A stretch of DNA of 64,000 bases from Gracilinanus agilis (lineage: Eukaryota): positions 228,407,011-228,471,010 of the forward strand of contig NC_058134.1 of assembly GCF_016433145.1 (NCBI RefSeq), in the 5' to 3' direction. The notes under the pieces were generated by a model, which was given only the letters and a program-made list of their open reading frames with translations, did no database searches and was not told the DNA's origin. Each line of letters begins with the position of its first letter. Positions within the stretch are counted from its first letter, which is position 1. A program made the position numbers and the translations under genes. Positions 39,617 through 53,301 of the stretch are shown in pieces.

Positions 39617-40128
39617 GTGAAATCATTTCCCTAAGCCCCTTATCCTCCCAAGGTCAAGCTGAAACAGCCTACTTGCAAACTAAGGTGATTCCCAGGACCT
39701 AAGTTACAAACAGGGCTGGGACCTTTTGTCTTTTGTTGAAACCTTAAAAGCATTTGACAGCAGGGCTGATTAGTCACTATGAACTTTGACCCACTTGAAA
39801 GGAGGGTGTGTTGGTATTTTTCTTATTTGTTGAAGAGTCACCATCCTTGTGATGAAGTAAGGAGAGAGGACTTCGGGGCTCTAAGTCTACCTCCTCTTTT
39901 GAAATATCCACCAATGGGAACTCTCAGGGGGTAAATTCAAAGGATGAACTATCAGTCCAATCAGAAAGAGGAAAGACATCTCCCCTTTTTTTGAGAGTCA
40001 AGGATCACTGAGGGGTTGGCAAAAGACCCATTCTTTGTTAATGGGTTTGCATGCTCCCATTAATAAGTAATATTATTTTCAGAGAAATGGCCTCATATTC
40101 TTCATTGGCTAAAATCTGAGCACTACAG
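39617..40128. mobile_element. Possible solo LTR
   Basis: TG...CA ends, CCAAT boxes, AT-rich 3' part. Family not identified. Confidence 0.4.
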
Positions 40129-40479
40129 CATCATAAAATCCTAGATCTAGAGCTAGAAAGAATTTTAGAGGTGATCAAGTCTAAGCCCCTTATTTTCCAC
40201 ATGAGGAAACTAAGATGCCAGGAAAAGAAATGACTTGTCCCAGGTCATACAGTCAGTAAAAAGTAGAGCCAGATTGGATAAAATTACACCGCAACAAAGG
40301 AAGATTCCAAAAAATTGAATAGAAAGAGAGGGCAGAGAGACTAATAACTGTGGGAGGATGGGGGTTGCACTTATTATGGGAACAGTTGGTGGTTGAGTAG
40401 TAGAGGCACCAGATTGCTTCACCTTTCCAAGATGATCCCATACAAGAGTCAGAGAAGAGAAGAGGCATGGGGATGTTTT

Positions 40480-41000
40480 CAGGGAATAGCAAGTAGCTCA
40501 ATTAGCCTAGTAGTTAGGGTACATGAAGAGGGTAAGGAGAAATGAGGCTAGAGTGGCAGAATGGGACAATATATAGAGTAACTGACTGACAGGCTAGTAA
40601 ATGTGCATTTCACTTGGGAAGTAATGAGAAACCACTGAAAGTTCATGAGCTGGAGAGAGATATACTCATACTTCTTGCTGAGATGTTTAAGCTGGTTTGG
40701 AACCAAGAAAGACAGAGAACAACTAGATGCCTATTATAAGAGCTAAGGCAAGAGAGAAGAAGTTGAATCTCAGTTGGGGTCATGGGGAATAGAAAGGAAA
40801 GACTGTATACAACAGACATAGTGGAGCTTGAATGGGCAGGTTTCAATGACTGGATGAAGGGATTGAGGAAGAATGAAGAAAGCATTTATAAAGTGTTTAC
40901 TATGGGGCAAAGCACAGTGCTAAGCAATAGGGAAGCAAATTGAAAAGTAAGAAAATTCCTATTCTCAAGGAATTTACGTTCTAATGGAAGAGGGAGAGTC
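40480..41000 (-). mobile_element. Ancient L2 LINE fragment
   Basis: Purine-rich degenerate L2-like body and 3' end (cacagtgctaagc...ctcaaggaatttac). Confidence 0.5.
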
Positions 41001-41163
41001 AAAGATTTGAGATTCATCATTGGCAGTTGTTTTGTGCCTGACTAGGTTTATCTATTTTTTTTTTTTGGTCTCTAAATTTCAAAGAATTCAAAATACTTTA
41101 AAATTCTAAGGTAGGAACAAAAACCACCTGTACAGCCAGCAGCGGCATGCTTTGTGTACTCAC

Positions 41164-41270
41164 CTATAACATGAACTTTGGCAGGCAGGGTTACAGTATA
41201 GGCATCAGGTGCAAATACATATTCACCTTCATCTTCAATGAGAGCACTGGCTATCACTAATTTGTGGATT
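41164..41270 (-). CDS. MYBPC1: MYBPC1 exon, Ig C4 second half: [35 protein letters not shown](D)
   Basis: cttcccag|AATCCAC...GTTATAG|gtgagt; 107 nt. Confidence 0.96.
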
Positions 41271-42801
41271 CTGGGAAGACAAAAACATTCATTCATTCAT
41301 TCAGCAACCATTTTTTTGGAAGAGATAGAGGAGCTCATAATCACTTCTCTTTGGTTTTCTTTATCACTGGTCTTTATCATTGGTCTGTCTGGTGCAATTT
41401 GTGAACTCTACTGGTGTGTTCCTGGGTGATCTGGGCTCCTCTAGGTCCTGGCAGCACCATCTTTGATGGAAGTTCCCTATGCAGCAACCATTGATTAGAC
41501 ACATTCTTTGGACAAAGCCTTGCGCTAGGTGTTGGATTATACATTTATTTATCAAGAGAGAAGATGAAAAGATAAAAGTCTCTCTCTCCACTTGGAGCTT
41601 ATAATCTAACTCTAGCATCAAAGAAGAAGCAATAAGAACATAACAGAGGCACAGAGTGCTCTATGAAGTTAGAGAAAGGAGGCAGAATCTTTGATAGTGG
41701 TTTCTGTGGAGCTTTCATGGAGGCAGCATTTGGGCTAAGCCCTGAAGGATAGACTAGTACACATGGATGATCTCCATCTCCTTAGAGCCAAGGATTATAA
41801 ACATTTGGCTATTATCTGATTGGCTGGTTTCAGCATGGGCATGTAACAGAATTTGGAACCTTGATTGTCCTATTTGACTGCCCATCCTCAGCCATAGCTT
41901 TGTATTATATATAATTCTTGGCCTCAGTGCCCTTAGCCAGATTGTTTTGTCAGCATGAATTTCATGTTTAGTTATTTTCTACTTCAATATTTCCATGGAT
42001 TTATGCTCTCATAGATAATGGACATTCTCTATCGGTCCATAACACAACCCATCTGTACCTGCTACCTTTCAGTCTTTTCCATGTCCTTCCATAGTCCTTT
42101 AAAAAATAAATATACTCACAATATTGATTCTAAGATAGAAGGTAAGGGTTTAAATAAATAAATAAATGAACTCTTTCCTTTTGTCTTAGAATCTATATTA
42201 AGTATTGGTTCCAAGGCAGAAGAGTGGTAAAGGCTAGGCAATGGGGGATCAAGTGACTCACTCAGGGTCACACAGCTAGGAAGTATCAGAGGTCACATTT
42301 GAACCCACATTGAACTTCTGTCTGGCTCTCTATCCACATAACCATCTAGCTGCCCTCTTTCTACAGTCTTTCCATAAAGGATCTACCCAACTCCCTTCTG
42401 ATAAATTGTCCTTTACTCAGTTTTTATTAGTTATGAAAAAATTAGCAAAAGATGGCCACTTCATAACTAGGAAGAATGGAACTAGGAAAATAGCTTGATA
42501 ATATGACATCCATCTTTGATGGATCCCTGACTTCTTTGGTAAGTGATGAACCTCTTTGGACATTGCTGCCCAGGTACTTGGAAAACAGATAGAATCATGA
42601 AACACATTTCAGTAAAAGCCATTTTGGCTCAATAGGAACTTCAGAATATGTGCTTCACTGATATAAATTCTGAGAGTCCTGGCATAGCACACTGGACAAA
42701 ATACTGTTTTGGGAGTCAGAGGACCTGGGTTCAAATCCTATGTTCATTTCTGTGAATCACAGGAAGAGGGTGCTAATGAAGGCTTGCCTTGGATTACTTA
42801 C

Positions 42802-42964
42802 TTTCCTTTGTGTACGACCTTTAATCGTTCGCCTTCCTGAACTGGTAAGCCGTTCTTAGTCCATTTCCCTGATATGTTTTCAGAGATTTCACACTTCAAG
42901 CAGATTTCCTTTCCAAGTTTCACAGTTACGTCTGTTAAGGGCTGCAATATCTTCAGGGGTCTCA
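42802..42964 (-). CDS. MYBPC1: MYBPC1 exon, Ig C4 first half: [53 protein letters not shown](K)
   Basis: tttccttag|TGAGACC...AAGGAAA|gtaagt; 163 nt. Confidence 0.96.
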
Positions 42965-44321
42965 CTAAGGAAATTGATAAAAGGGAGAAACGCTGTACTG
43001 AAACTGTGGACTGGTCATGATGGTGGGCATGACGGTAAACCCTCCCAGTGGCTCCGGTTTTGCATGGACACATCAGACAAGCCTAGATAGGGTTGGAACA
43101 ACTATTATAAAATCATGATGGAAGCCTTGTTGTAGAGATTTCTTTTCAATAACTAGAATAATATGCATAAATATATATAATATGTTTCTTTATATGTATT
43201 ATATATTATAAGGTATGTAATATATAATATATATATAAATATACATAACATGAGCTTAGAGAGATATGAGGAAATCCAAAGGCTGGCTCTTCCTGATGCA
43301 GTATAGAAATGTCTGTTAATCTCTCTTTTCTTCCCCTACCTCAATCTCAATGTGCAGATTCATCACCATCATCACTAGTTATCATGGTATCATACCATTA
43401 GTGTTCCACTGGGGCTGACCTTGGAATGGAAGCCGTGACTTTTCCCTAATACATGAATTCTCTTTCACACATGAACTCTCAGAGCATTCTCAACAAGACC
43501 TCCTGCCTAGAATGTGCCAGGGTTTTGTGCAAATCGAGTTCCATTTTTCTCAGCTCTGGATTTGAGGTCCACTAGCAGGGTTCTGACAGAGTGTTTATAA
43601 CGTATTGCTCAATAGTTAATCGATGGGAAACTCAGGGATCCTATGCATCTAAGTAGAGTTTATAATACAATTAATTAGTTAAACTCCATTTAATGAACAT
43701 GTACTAAGCATCTGGACAGCTAAGTAGCACAGTGGATAAAGTACTGGACCTGGAATCAAGAATACCTGAGTTCAAATTTAGCCTCAGATATTTACTAGCT
43801 ATGTGACCCTGGGCAAGCCATTTCACCCTATTTGCCTCAGTTTCCTCATCTGTCAAATGAGCTGGAGAAGGAAATGGCAAACCACTCCAGTATCTTTGCC
43901 AAGAAAATCCCATATATAACAGAGGACGGGGGGGGGGGGGAGGGGGGGAAGGGAGGTCACAAAGAGTCAAAACACAATTAAACAACTGAAAATATCAAAA
44001 TTTAAACTAGTTTGACCTCTCTCAACTTAAGCAGAAAATCAAGAGTTGGAAAATTGATATGATGATAGATTTACAGAAACCATCTAGTTTAACCCCTTCC
44101 TTTTAAAGGTGAGGAGATTGACCCCCAGGTAGGTGAATTACATGCCCATTGTCACACAGGTAGTTGTTCGGTGAGCTGGGATTTAAACTCAGGTCTTCTC
44201 AGTTCCAGATCCAACATTCTTTCTACTGTGCCATATTGCCTCAGTTTCTTATAATCAATACGTAGAAAAGTGAGAAACAATCTGGTCGTTAATATCTGAA
44301 GGGCAGTTTAGGAAGACTTAC

Positions 44322-44488
44322 GGTCCACACTCAGCTTGCAGGAAGATTGTCCCCCTGTTGTCATGACAGAATATTCCGCACTGTCTGCCTTTGTGGCTCC
44401 CTCAATGATCAACGTGTGCTTCTTCCCCTCCACCTTCACCTTGTATCTAGACTTTGGACCAATGATAATCTCTTCACCATTCTTAAAC
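44322..44488 (-). CDS. MYBPC1: MYBPC1 exon, Ig C3 second half: [55 protein letters not shown](L)
   Basis: ttcatcaag|GTTTAAG...GTGGACC|gtaagt; 167 nt. Confidence 0.96.
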
Positions 44489-45737
44489 CTTGATGAAAAA
44501 TGAGAAAAATAAATTTCCACATCATGAATGAGGAACTCGAAATGCCCTGGTGGCTTGAACTACTCCTTCTGTCCCTAATAGAAAATCAGAATAATGTACT
44601 AAGGGAGAAAGACCATGTATCCCAAAGTGGTAGTGAGTGCTGAGCTTCATATCAGGAGAAATCTGGGTTTAAATCTGACCCTGGGCAAGTCAATCGACTT
44701 TTCTGAGCTTCTTTTCCCTAAACTGTATGATGGGGATAATCCTCTATGTAAGAGCTAAATCATACGGTTTTTAGGAACATCAAATGAGCATGTATATGGA
44801 TGTATGCATAGAAATATGTAGAGATAATTTCACAAAACTTAGAGTGGAATGTAAATGTCAGCTGGATTTTATTTCTCTCTCTGTTTTGTTTGTTTGTTTT
44901 GGTCTAAGTCTGTGATTTCATTGCTGTAAGTAACTCCCAGTGAGGGAATCCTTTTCCTAAGACAAATTTGTGATCATTTTGCAACTCAGAGATTTCAAAA
45001 GTTGCCTGGAAGCATGAAGCACCATTAACTTAATGGAGCACCATTAAGTCTTTCTCAGGATCACACAGCCAGGAATGTGCTGGAGGCAAGATATGAAGGC
45101 AGGTCTTCTTGCCTTGGAGTTTAGTGCTTTATCCACTCTAGCATGCTGCCTCTCTTATTAAGAGAAAATAGTTCCACATAGTCACGCAGTTAGAAGGGAC
45201 CTCAAAGGCCATCTAATCCAGCTTGACCCCCACCCACACCCCCGCCAAGAATCCCATGACAGCACAGCCAATACATTGTCATCCAGCCTTCCCTTAAAGA
45301 CCTTTGATGAGTGAGTAGTGATAGTTTTGCAGAACAGTCCATCCTACTTATGGATAACTCCAAATATTGGAAGGTTTGTCTCGACCCCAAGCCTAATTTT
45401 CCACTTTGAAGCACATGCCCTGTGCTCCTGATTCTACCTTCTGGGACCAACCAGAACAAATCCAACAAATGACAGTTCTTCCAGTACTTGGAGATAGCTA
45501 TAATGTGCCCCTTGGATTTGGCTAGAAGTTGAAAAGAGACCCATTTAGGCATGGTGTTAAGGAAATTTGTGTCACTATGGAACGGTCTGCCCAGAAAGGG
45601 ATAGAGTTCTTCTTCCTTGGTAGATCTTCCAGTAGAGATGACCATTTGTTGGGTGTGCTACAATGGGAATTCCTTTGGTGTATGATGGCCCAGGGCTAGA
45701 TAGACACTGAGGTCTTCAAATTCTCAGATTCTATGAT

Positions 45738-46570
45738 TTTTTTTTTTAAACTAATACCTTCCCTCTTAGAATCAACACAGTGTATTGGTTCCAAGGCAGA
45801 AGAGTGGTAAGAGGTAGGCAATGGGGGTGAAGTGACTTGCCCAGGGTCACACAGCTGGGAAGTGTCTGAGGTCAGATTTGAACCAGGACCTCCCATCTCT
45901 GGGCCTGGCTCTCCATCCATTGAGCCACCCAGTTGTCCCTGATTCTATGATTTTTTTATTGTCATTTTTTAAATTAAAATTGTTCATTACATGTAGATAC
46001 AATTTTTTTTAAACCCATACCTTCCATCTTGGAGTCAATACTGTGTACTGGCTCCAAGGCAGAAGAGTGGTAAGGGCTAGGCAATGGGGGTTAAATGACT
46101 TGCCCAGGGTCACACAGCTAGGAAGTGTCTGAGGTCAAATTTGAACCCAGGACCCTCCTGTCTCTAGGCCTGGCTCTCAATCCACTGAGCTACCCATCTG
46201 CCCCTGTAGATACAATTTTTAGTAATTGTTTTCTGACATTTTGTCATCCATATTCTCTCCTTCCCTCTCTTCCCCCCACCCCAAGACAGTAGGCCATCTG
46301 ATATACAACACATATTTCCATGTTCATCATCTTGTGAAAGAACACACATATCACTTAGACTAGAAAAAAGCTCATGAAGGAAATGAAGAGAAAAATGGAA
46401 TGCTTCTATCTGCATTCAGACTCCATCATTTCCTTCTGTGGTGGTGGATGGCCTCCTCCTTCATGAGTCCCTCGAGCTGTCGTGGATCCTGGCCTTGCTA
46501 ATAATAGCTAAGTCATTCACAGAGGATCACCTTACATGATTGCTGTTACTCTGCGCAATATTCTGGTCCT
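45738..46570 (-). mobile_element. Cluster: two SINE1-type copies followed by an antisense L1 3' fragment
   Basis: TSD-like GATTCTATGATTTTTTT and TGTAGATACAATTTTT flank the two SINEs; L1 3' sequence at about 46210-46570. Confidence 0.8.
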
Positions 46571-47325
46571 GCTCGCTTCCATTTCTGTGATTCTTCAGAC
46601 TGAACCCCCTTAATTCCTTCCTTCAACAAGTGGTGGCAAAGTTCTCCCTTCCTTGGGATGCCCTCTGGCTTATCAGCGACCCATCTTAAAGCAGGACAGC
46701 CAGAGCTGAGCACGATAGTCCAAAGGCTAAGGGATTTAGGCAGAGGATGGCAGGACGATCGCCTCCTCGTTCCCAGACGCTTCCTATCCACTGAGCCACC
46801 TGGCTGTCCTTCCTTCTATTTATTACATTTTCGCAAAGGACAGTGGTGGGACCCCTTTTAAATAAAGACTTAGACTCGGATGCATCTATTCTAAAGGATT
46901 CCTTTTATACCATTTATGCTACTTGGGAACAAAACATGTTAGCTTCAGGATTCAATTCTGCAGTATAAGCACAGAAGAAAGTGCTTTTCTCTCTCCCAAG
47001 TGCGACGATCATTTCCATATACAAAGATGCTTCTGACAACTTTTGATTGCCCATCTACCTAGACCTGACATACTCCGATTGAGACTGGTCCTGGGAATTA
47101 AATTTCCCAATCACTATTTTAATAAGTCATTTTTTGGCATGTTAGCAAAAAAGACCCAGTATGGGAGGTATAAAGAAATCCCTCATTGGGCCAGGGCTGA
47201 GAGATTTTATGAAGTGGGTTAGTTTCCCAAGAGGGCTTCTGAGCCAAGGGCTGTGTTTGTTTTCCTATTTTTTTTTGCCCATTTGAAAATGGACAGACCC
47301 AATAGGTGGCAGAAAATCTGCTTAC

Positions 47326-47431
47326 CACTTCACGTTGGCATCATCCTCAGTCACTTCACACTCCAGCTCTATTCTTTCTCCGCAGTAGGCATTGGTGTCT
47401 TCCAGCTGTTTGGTCACCATTATGGGGGGCT
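47326..47431 (-). CDS. MYBPC1: MYBPC1 exon, Ig C3 first half: [34 protein letters not shown](W)
   Basis: caaactag|AGCCCCC...GTGAAGTG|gtaagc; 106 nt. Confidence 0.96.
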
Positions 47432-48884
47432 CTAGTTTGAGGAACAAATGAACTAAAGTCATCAAAGGCCCAGGCCACCTGAAGAACATGACCCCCCTCC
47501 CCCTGATCTCTTTAGTGCAGCAGTGGCTCTTCCTTTGAGTTGGTGTGGGCTTATGTGGGAATAGAGAGATGAACTGGGCTGAGATATAATATAAACTCTG
47601 ATTTAATTGATGGAGGGAACTTCCAGTGAGAAATTCCCTTTACCAGTGCAAGTCAGAACCTTAGTTTTAGAAAAGTGCCTAGAGCTTGAGAGATTACACT
47701 ATGTGTCTAGGATCACAAAGCCTGTTTGTATCAGAGAAAAGATTTGAATCCAGGTTTTCTTGACTAAAATAAAGAAAAAAAGAAGAGTTTCCTAGTGTCC
47801 CCAAAGGGACTTTTCTATTTCCGATGAAGGAAAGAATCTATAAAATTCAATGGAAGCCACTTATTTCTAGATCAGGGGGTCTTCATCCTTTCTCTTGTCC
47901 TGGAGGCCTCAGGTAATATGGGGAGCACAGAGACTCTTCTCAGAATTATGGTTTTTAAAGGCAGAAAAGAAACTACATTGGATTAAGAAGGAAACCAAAG
48001 CTTAGTGAAAATAAAGATGTGATTCCCTCTGCCACCCCCCCCACCCCCCATCTAGGTTGATGGCCTCTCTGAAATCTATTCAAGGCTCCAGGTTAAAAAC
48101 TTCTGTTCTAGATGGATGGTACAGGTCTGGAGTTTAAGAGAATAGAGATTGTATTCACCCTGGAAACAGGGTTCAAATATATAAATAGTCTCTTGGCAAA
48201 TGACAGTCTTCTAGAAGCTTCTCTGTTATACTGGGTCCATCCATTATCTCTCAATAAATTTGGATGTGAAGGAAAGTAAGCTCAGGGTGGATGGCCAGAT
48301 TTTTGTGGTATGAATGAATAAGAGGTCTATGGGTCTACTAGAGTTGGAAGGACTGTCAGAGACCATCTAATCTACTCCTCTCCTTTTACAAAGGAGGAAA
48401 CTGAGGCTCAGGAGGATAAAGTGACTATATCACATAGATAGTGAATGGGCAGAATGAGGATTTGAACCCAGGTCCTTTGACTCCAAATCAAGTTATCAAT
48501 TCACAGCACCATGCTCCTCCTGTGGTCCATATCATTAAGTCACAGCTGAAAATTTGTGGATCTTTTTTTTTAACCTACTATCACTTTTTGAGTTTGAGAA
48601 CCAAGGGCAGCAGACATACTTGATCAGCAATGTTTATAAATCTTTCAGACTGCACTCACCTATATACTTACTAGAGTGACCTATATACTTACTAGATACT
48701 GGATCCATTTCTGGGTGAGGACAGAAGTAATACCCAATACAAACAGTTTTGGGAGATGAGATTACATTTGCTCTGGGAACCCAAGGGCTTGTTTTATCAT
48801 GCTGAAATGCAATCACCTTTCTATGTCACATTTTAATAATAATCTTTGCTCTCTTTAGAGCAAAACTTTAACTCCTTTCCTATA

Positions 48885-49115
48885 TTTTTTTTCATTCTTC
48901 AAATAATGTTTTTATTTTTTGTTTTTTAATTGAAAAATTATATTTAATTAATTGATTTAGATAATTTTTCCATGATTCCACAATTCTTGTCCTTTCCCTG
49001 CCCTGATCCCACCCCCCTCCCATAGACAAAAAGCAATTCCACTGGGTTTTACATGTGTCATTGATCAAGACCTCTTTCCATATTATTAATATTTGCATTA
49101 GGGTGATCGTTTAGG
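48885..49115 (-). mobile_element. L1 3' UTR fragment
   Basis: T-rich head followed by opossum L1 3' end-like sequence. Confidence 0.6.
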
Positions 49116-49284
49116 TAACTCCTTTCCTTTAAAGATCAAATAGTTTGTTTTCAAAACCGAGTTCCTTATTGAAGTAAACTCTTAAATGATCAAACTTTGT
49201 GATTAAGATATCTTAATTTTTAGAATTTCCTGTTGGAATGTGAAGGAGTTTGGGTCCTCTTCTCTGCTAGACCATTCTCTAGAG

Positions 49285-49477
49285 CAACGGTCGGCAACCT
49301 TTTTGGCCATGAGAGCCATAAACGTGTGTGGAAGGAGGAGGATGGAGGTGGAAGGTGCTGGAATATGGGACTGGGGGCTGAAGGGCCCCCTGGGGCACAT
49401 CCTGGGGCTCTGTCCGGACTGGTAGGTCCTGAGGTGGAGCCAGATATGGCTCGAGAGCCATATGTTGCTGACCCCTG
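49285..49477. mobile_element. hAT MITE
   Basis: TIRs CAACGGTCGGCAAC...GTTGCTGACCCCTG; TSD CTCTAGAG/CTCTGGAG. Confidence 0.85.
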
Positions 49478-49896
49478 CTCTGGAGATACTCCTGAACTCT
49501 TGGCTTTGGGCTGTAGATGGGGAGTAGGGAATAACTATGAGAAGCAGAGGGGATGGTGAAGAGGCAGTGGTTGAAAATGAAGAAATGCAAGAAGGACATT
49601 AGCCAACAGGTGTTCCAACAGGCCAGAGTAGTGTCACCCAACATTTTTTAGGGAGCAAAGATCCAGAGGACACCTGAGTCAATTCCTCAAACTGGCACCA
49701 GCAGGCTTTCTTGTAGCCTATATACTCTTTTAATATCCTGGCTTCTAAAATTAGTGCCGGTGCTTTCAGGACATAATGAGGCAAAGTAGTGGCTTGAAGA
49801 AGGAATTCTCAGGTCATTAACCCAAGCAGAGAAAGAAGCAGCTGCTTTAAAATAGAAAAAAAAATACCCCAAGAAATGTGATTTGAGTAATTTTAC

Positions 49897-50021
49897 CTCT
49901 TACAAAGAGTTCTGTAGAGCATTTCTCATCCCCAGCTGTCACATAATATTCAGAATCATCCGTCATCTGGCAGTTATTGATAAACATGATTCTCTGGTTT
50001 CCTTTGTGCTCAAAGATGTAT
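49897..50021 (-). CDS. MYBPC1: MYBPC1 exon, Ig C2 second half: [41 protein letters not shown](E)
   Basis: ttaaaacag|ATACATC...GTAAGAG|gtaaaa; 125 nt. Confidence 0.96.
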
Positions 50022-51496
50022 CTGTTTTAAACAGGAACAGGGGAAATCTCATGTTAGTTGAAATGAACTTTGTTTTGTTCTGACTCAAAATAGTGATAAA
50101 AAAAATAAATTAATGAGTGTGAGCTTCTTAAATTCAACAACCTTGGGCCCTGAAGTCTAGCCTATTTTATTAGCTTTCTGTTTGTGGCATGAATTCTGCA
50201 TAATGCTCAGAGATAATGAAAATTTTCATCTGGGTCCTGCCTTCACTGACAGGAAACTCATTATCCTGTAAGATCAATTCAGCCCTGAAACTCCCAACTC
50301 ACTCCTGGGGCTTCTCCCTCTCATCCCAGGGTGCAGAGCTCCTTCCAGAACCTCCATTAAAGGAAGCACCCAAGCCAGACAATTTTTTCCCTTCCCATCT
50401 GGCTGCAACCTCTTGGACTTCTCCATCACATTCTCATGCCCAGGATCTTCCCTCTCCTCTACCAGCCTTTAGCTTCCCTCGTTGGATTGTAAGTGCCTTT
50501 GAGCTTCCTTTTGTATTTGCAATCCCAGCTTTTAGCACAGCTCCTGGCACATGCTAAGCACTTAATAAATGTTTCTTGAGTGATTAACAAGTTTTAGAAG
50601 GTTGTCTGAGGCTCAGCCAAAGTTAAAAGACTTGTCTGTGGTCATACAGTCAGAATACTTTGGAGGCCGGATTTGAATCTAGTTCTTCCTGACTCTAAGG
50701 CTAGAACTTGACCTATTTTCTGGGATCATGACTGACTCACTCTGATTTTTATGTAGCATCTCACCTTTTTCCTTCTCGTAGTGGACAAATTCTTTATTTT
50801 GTTACTTACTTTTTGGATAGGGTCCACGTGAAATTTTACTGGTATAGGGACTACCTTTTTGCCCATTTATTTTTTCTCTGCCTCTTCTAGTTACAGAGAA
50901 CCACTCGGGGCATGGTGAGGCTGGGCGACTTGTCCAGAATCACACAGCATGTGTCAGAGGCAGGACATGAAGGCAGGTCTTCCTGACCTTCCACACCAAG
51001 AGACCTCTACTTCTATGACATGCCTAATGGCATCAATTGAAGGAGCTGATTGTTAGAAGAGCTCTCCAAGTGGATTCTGATGTTGTGAAGACTGAGAAAG
51101 CTTTTTAAAGAATAAGACTGAAGAGTGAGAACTTCAGCCAGCATCGATATAGTTTGCGCACATGACACCATAATTTCAAATATTTCAAAATACTTGGCTG
51201 AAATGTCCATTTCTTTAACCATACCTTTTGGCAATGTACAGTCACAACAAAAGAATGCCTATCCGCCAATAACAAGTCTGTGTAAGGTCGAATTATTGTT
51301 TTACTTATAGGTTGCCTTGCACCAAGACCAGGATTCAGATCATAATTCTGTCACAATACTTGGGTGATCTTGGGCAAGGGACTTCAAACCTCTTTATCCC
51401 AGTTTCCTTATCTGTAAAATGGCCTCAGAGGTTCGCCCCTCCTCACCCCCAGGTCCAAATGTAGGATCCTATCAATATCCATTAATTCAACACTTA

Positions 51497-51879
<383 letters not shown>

Positions 51880-52781
51880 GACAGGTAGATTTATTAACTA
51901 TTCAACAACAGTGTCTACAAATGGAACGATAAGAGGAGAGTTTATTTTCTGCATCCTTTATACTCAATAGTCAAATCTTAAAATGAGACTTTAGATCCTG
52001 AATCATTTTGTGTATGCAATGTAGATACACTTTAAAAAACTGAAGCTTGAAAAAGAAATAATATTCCTTAAAAAAAAAAAAACCCTTACCTTCTGTCCCA
52101 GTATCAACTCTGGGACAGAAGGGCAAGGACTAGGCAATCAAGATCAAAGGACTTGCCCAGGGTCACATAGCTAGGAAGGGTCCAAAGCCAGATTTGAATG
52201 AGATCCTCCTGACTCCAAGCCTGGTGGTCTATCCACTGTGTGACCTAGTTGTTCCCAGAAACAATATTCTTTTAAAATGGCAAAATAAGGGAAGCAACCC
52301 TTCTCGATGGTCTTGCTATTCTGCTTTGAAGTGAGAGCACTAAATCCCTACTAAAATAATTAGTATGGTTTTGCACTTTCTATATAAGAAACATCATTTT
52401 CCAGAGCCTCACATGGAGATGGACTCTATCAGCATGCCATATAGAGGTTTGGACTTGGAGCCAGCAAAATCTTGGTTCAGATCTTGTCGTGGACACTTAT
52501 TAGCTGTGAGATCCTGAGCAAATTATTCTCTGAACTTTAATTTCCTCGCTAGTATTCTAGATCATAGATCTAGCGTTGGAAGGGTGCTCAGAGGTCATCA
52601 TCCAACCCTCTCACTTTCCAGATGAGACACCTATCATCCCAAGAGGTTGAGTGACTTTCCCAAGGTCACACAGATAGCATCAGAAGAGATTGGAACCTGG
52701 GGTCTCTCACTCCAAAGTTAGAGTTCTTTCTATTGGAATGTGCTGGTACAGCATAAATAAACGCTATTGGCATGACCTTCC

Positions 52782-52875
52782 TCTTAAAGCATAATTGGAT
52801 GGGATCAATGTTGTGACTTTAAATTCTTAAAGCATAATTGGATGGGATCTATGTTGTGACTTTAAATTCTTAAAG
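52782..52875. repeat. 43-bp tandem duplication (2.2 copies, 1 mismatch)
   Basis: Unit TCTTAAAGCATAATTGGATGGGATC(A/T)ATGTTGTGACTTTAAAT. Confidence 0.93.
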
Positions 52876-53134
52876 TAAGTTCTGAATTAACAGGACAAGA
52901 ATTGTGACTATTCACCCCGGGAAAATCATATGAAAACAGTCCACCATGACATTTTCAGGAGCTAATGAAGATTTCAGTGTTAATTTTCTCCTCTCTCCTA
53001 CTGTCCATCAGCTCTGAATTTTATTTGCACCTGGTTACTTGGTGTAACATTTTGATTTTGATGAAAAAAAAACATCAAATAAATAAAACCTTGTGGGGGG
53101 AAGGTATTTGTTTAAGTTTCCACCACTGCCATAC

Positions 53135-53301
53135 CTGCACTCTTCTTCTCCACTCTCCGCATGCGCTTCAGACGCTTGAGCATGCCTCTCAGATCAGTGA
53201 TGCCATACTGGAAGGCAATCTTCTCATATTCATTGGGATTGGCATTCTTCAGAAGCTCCCACACATCTATTTCTGGTTCTTCTTCCTGCTGTTTGACTTC
53301 C
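53135..53301 (-). CDS. MYBPC1: MYBPC1 M-motif tri-helix exon: [55 protein letters not shown]
   Basis: cctcaacag|GGAAGTC...GAGTGCAG|gtatg; 167 nt; overlaps the ORF at 53112-53336. Confidence 0.97.
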
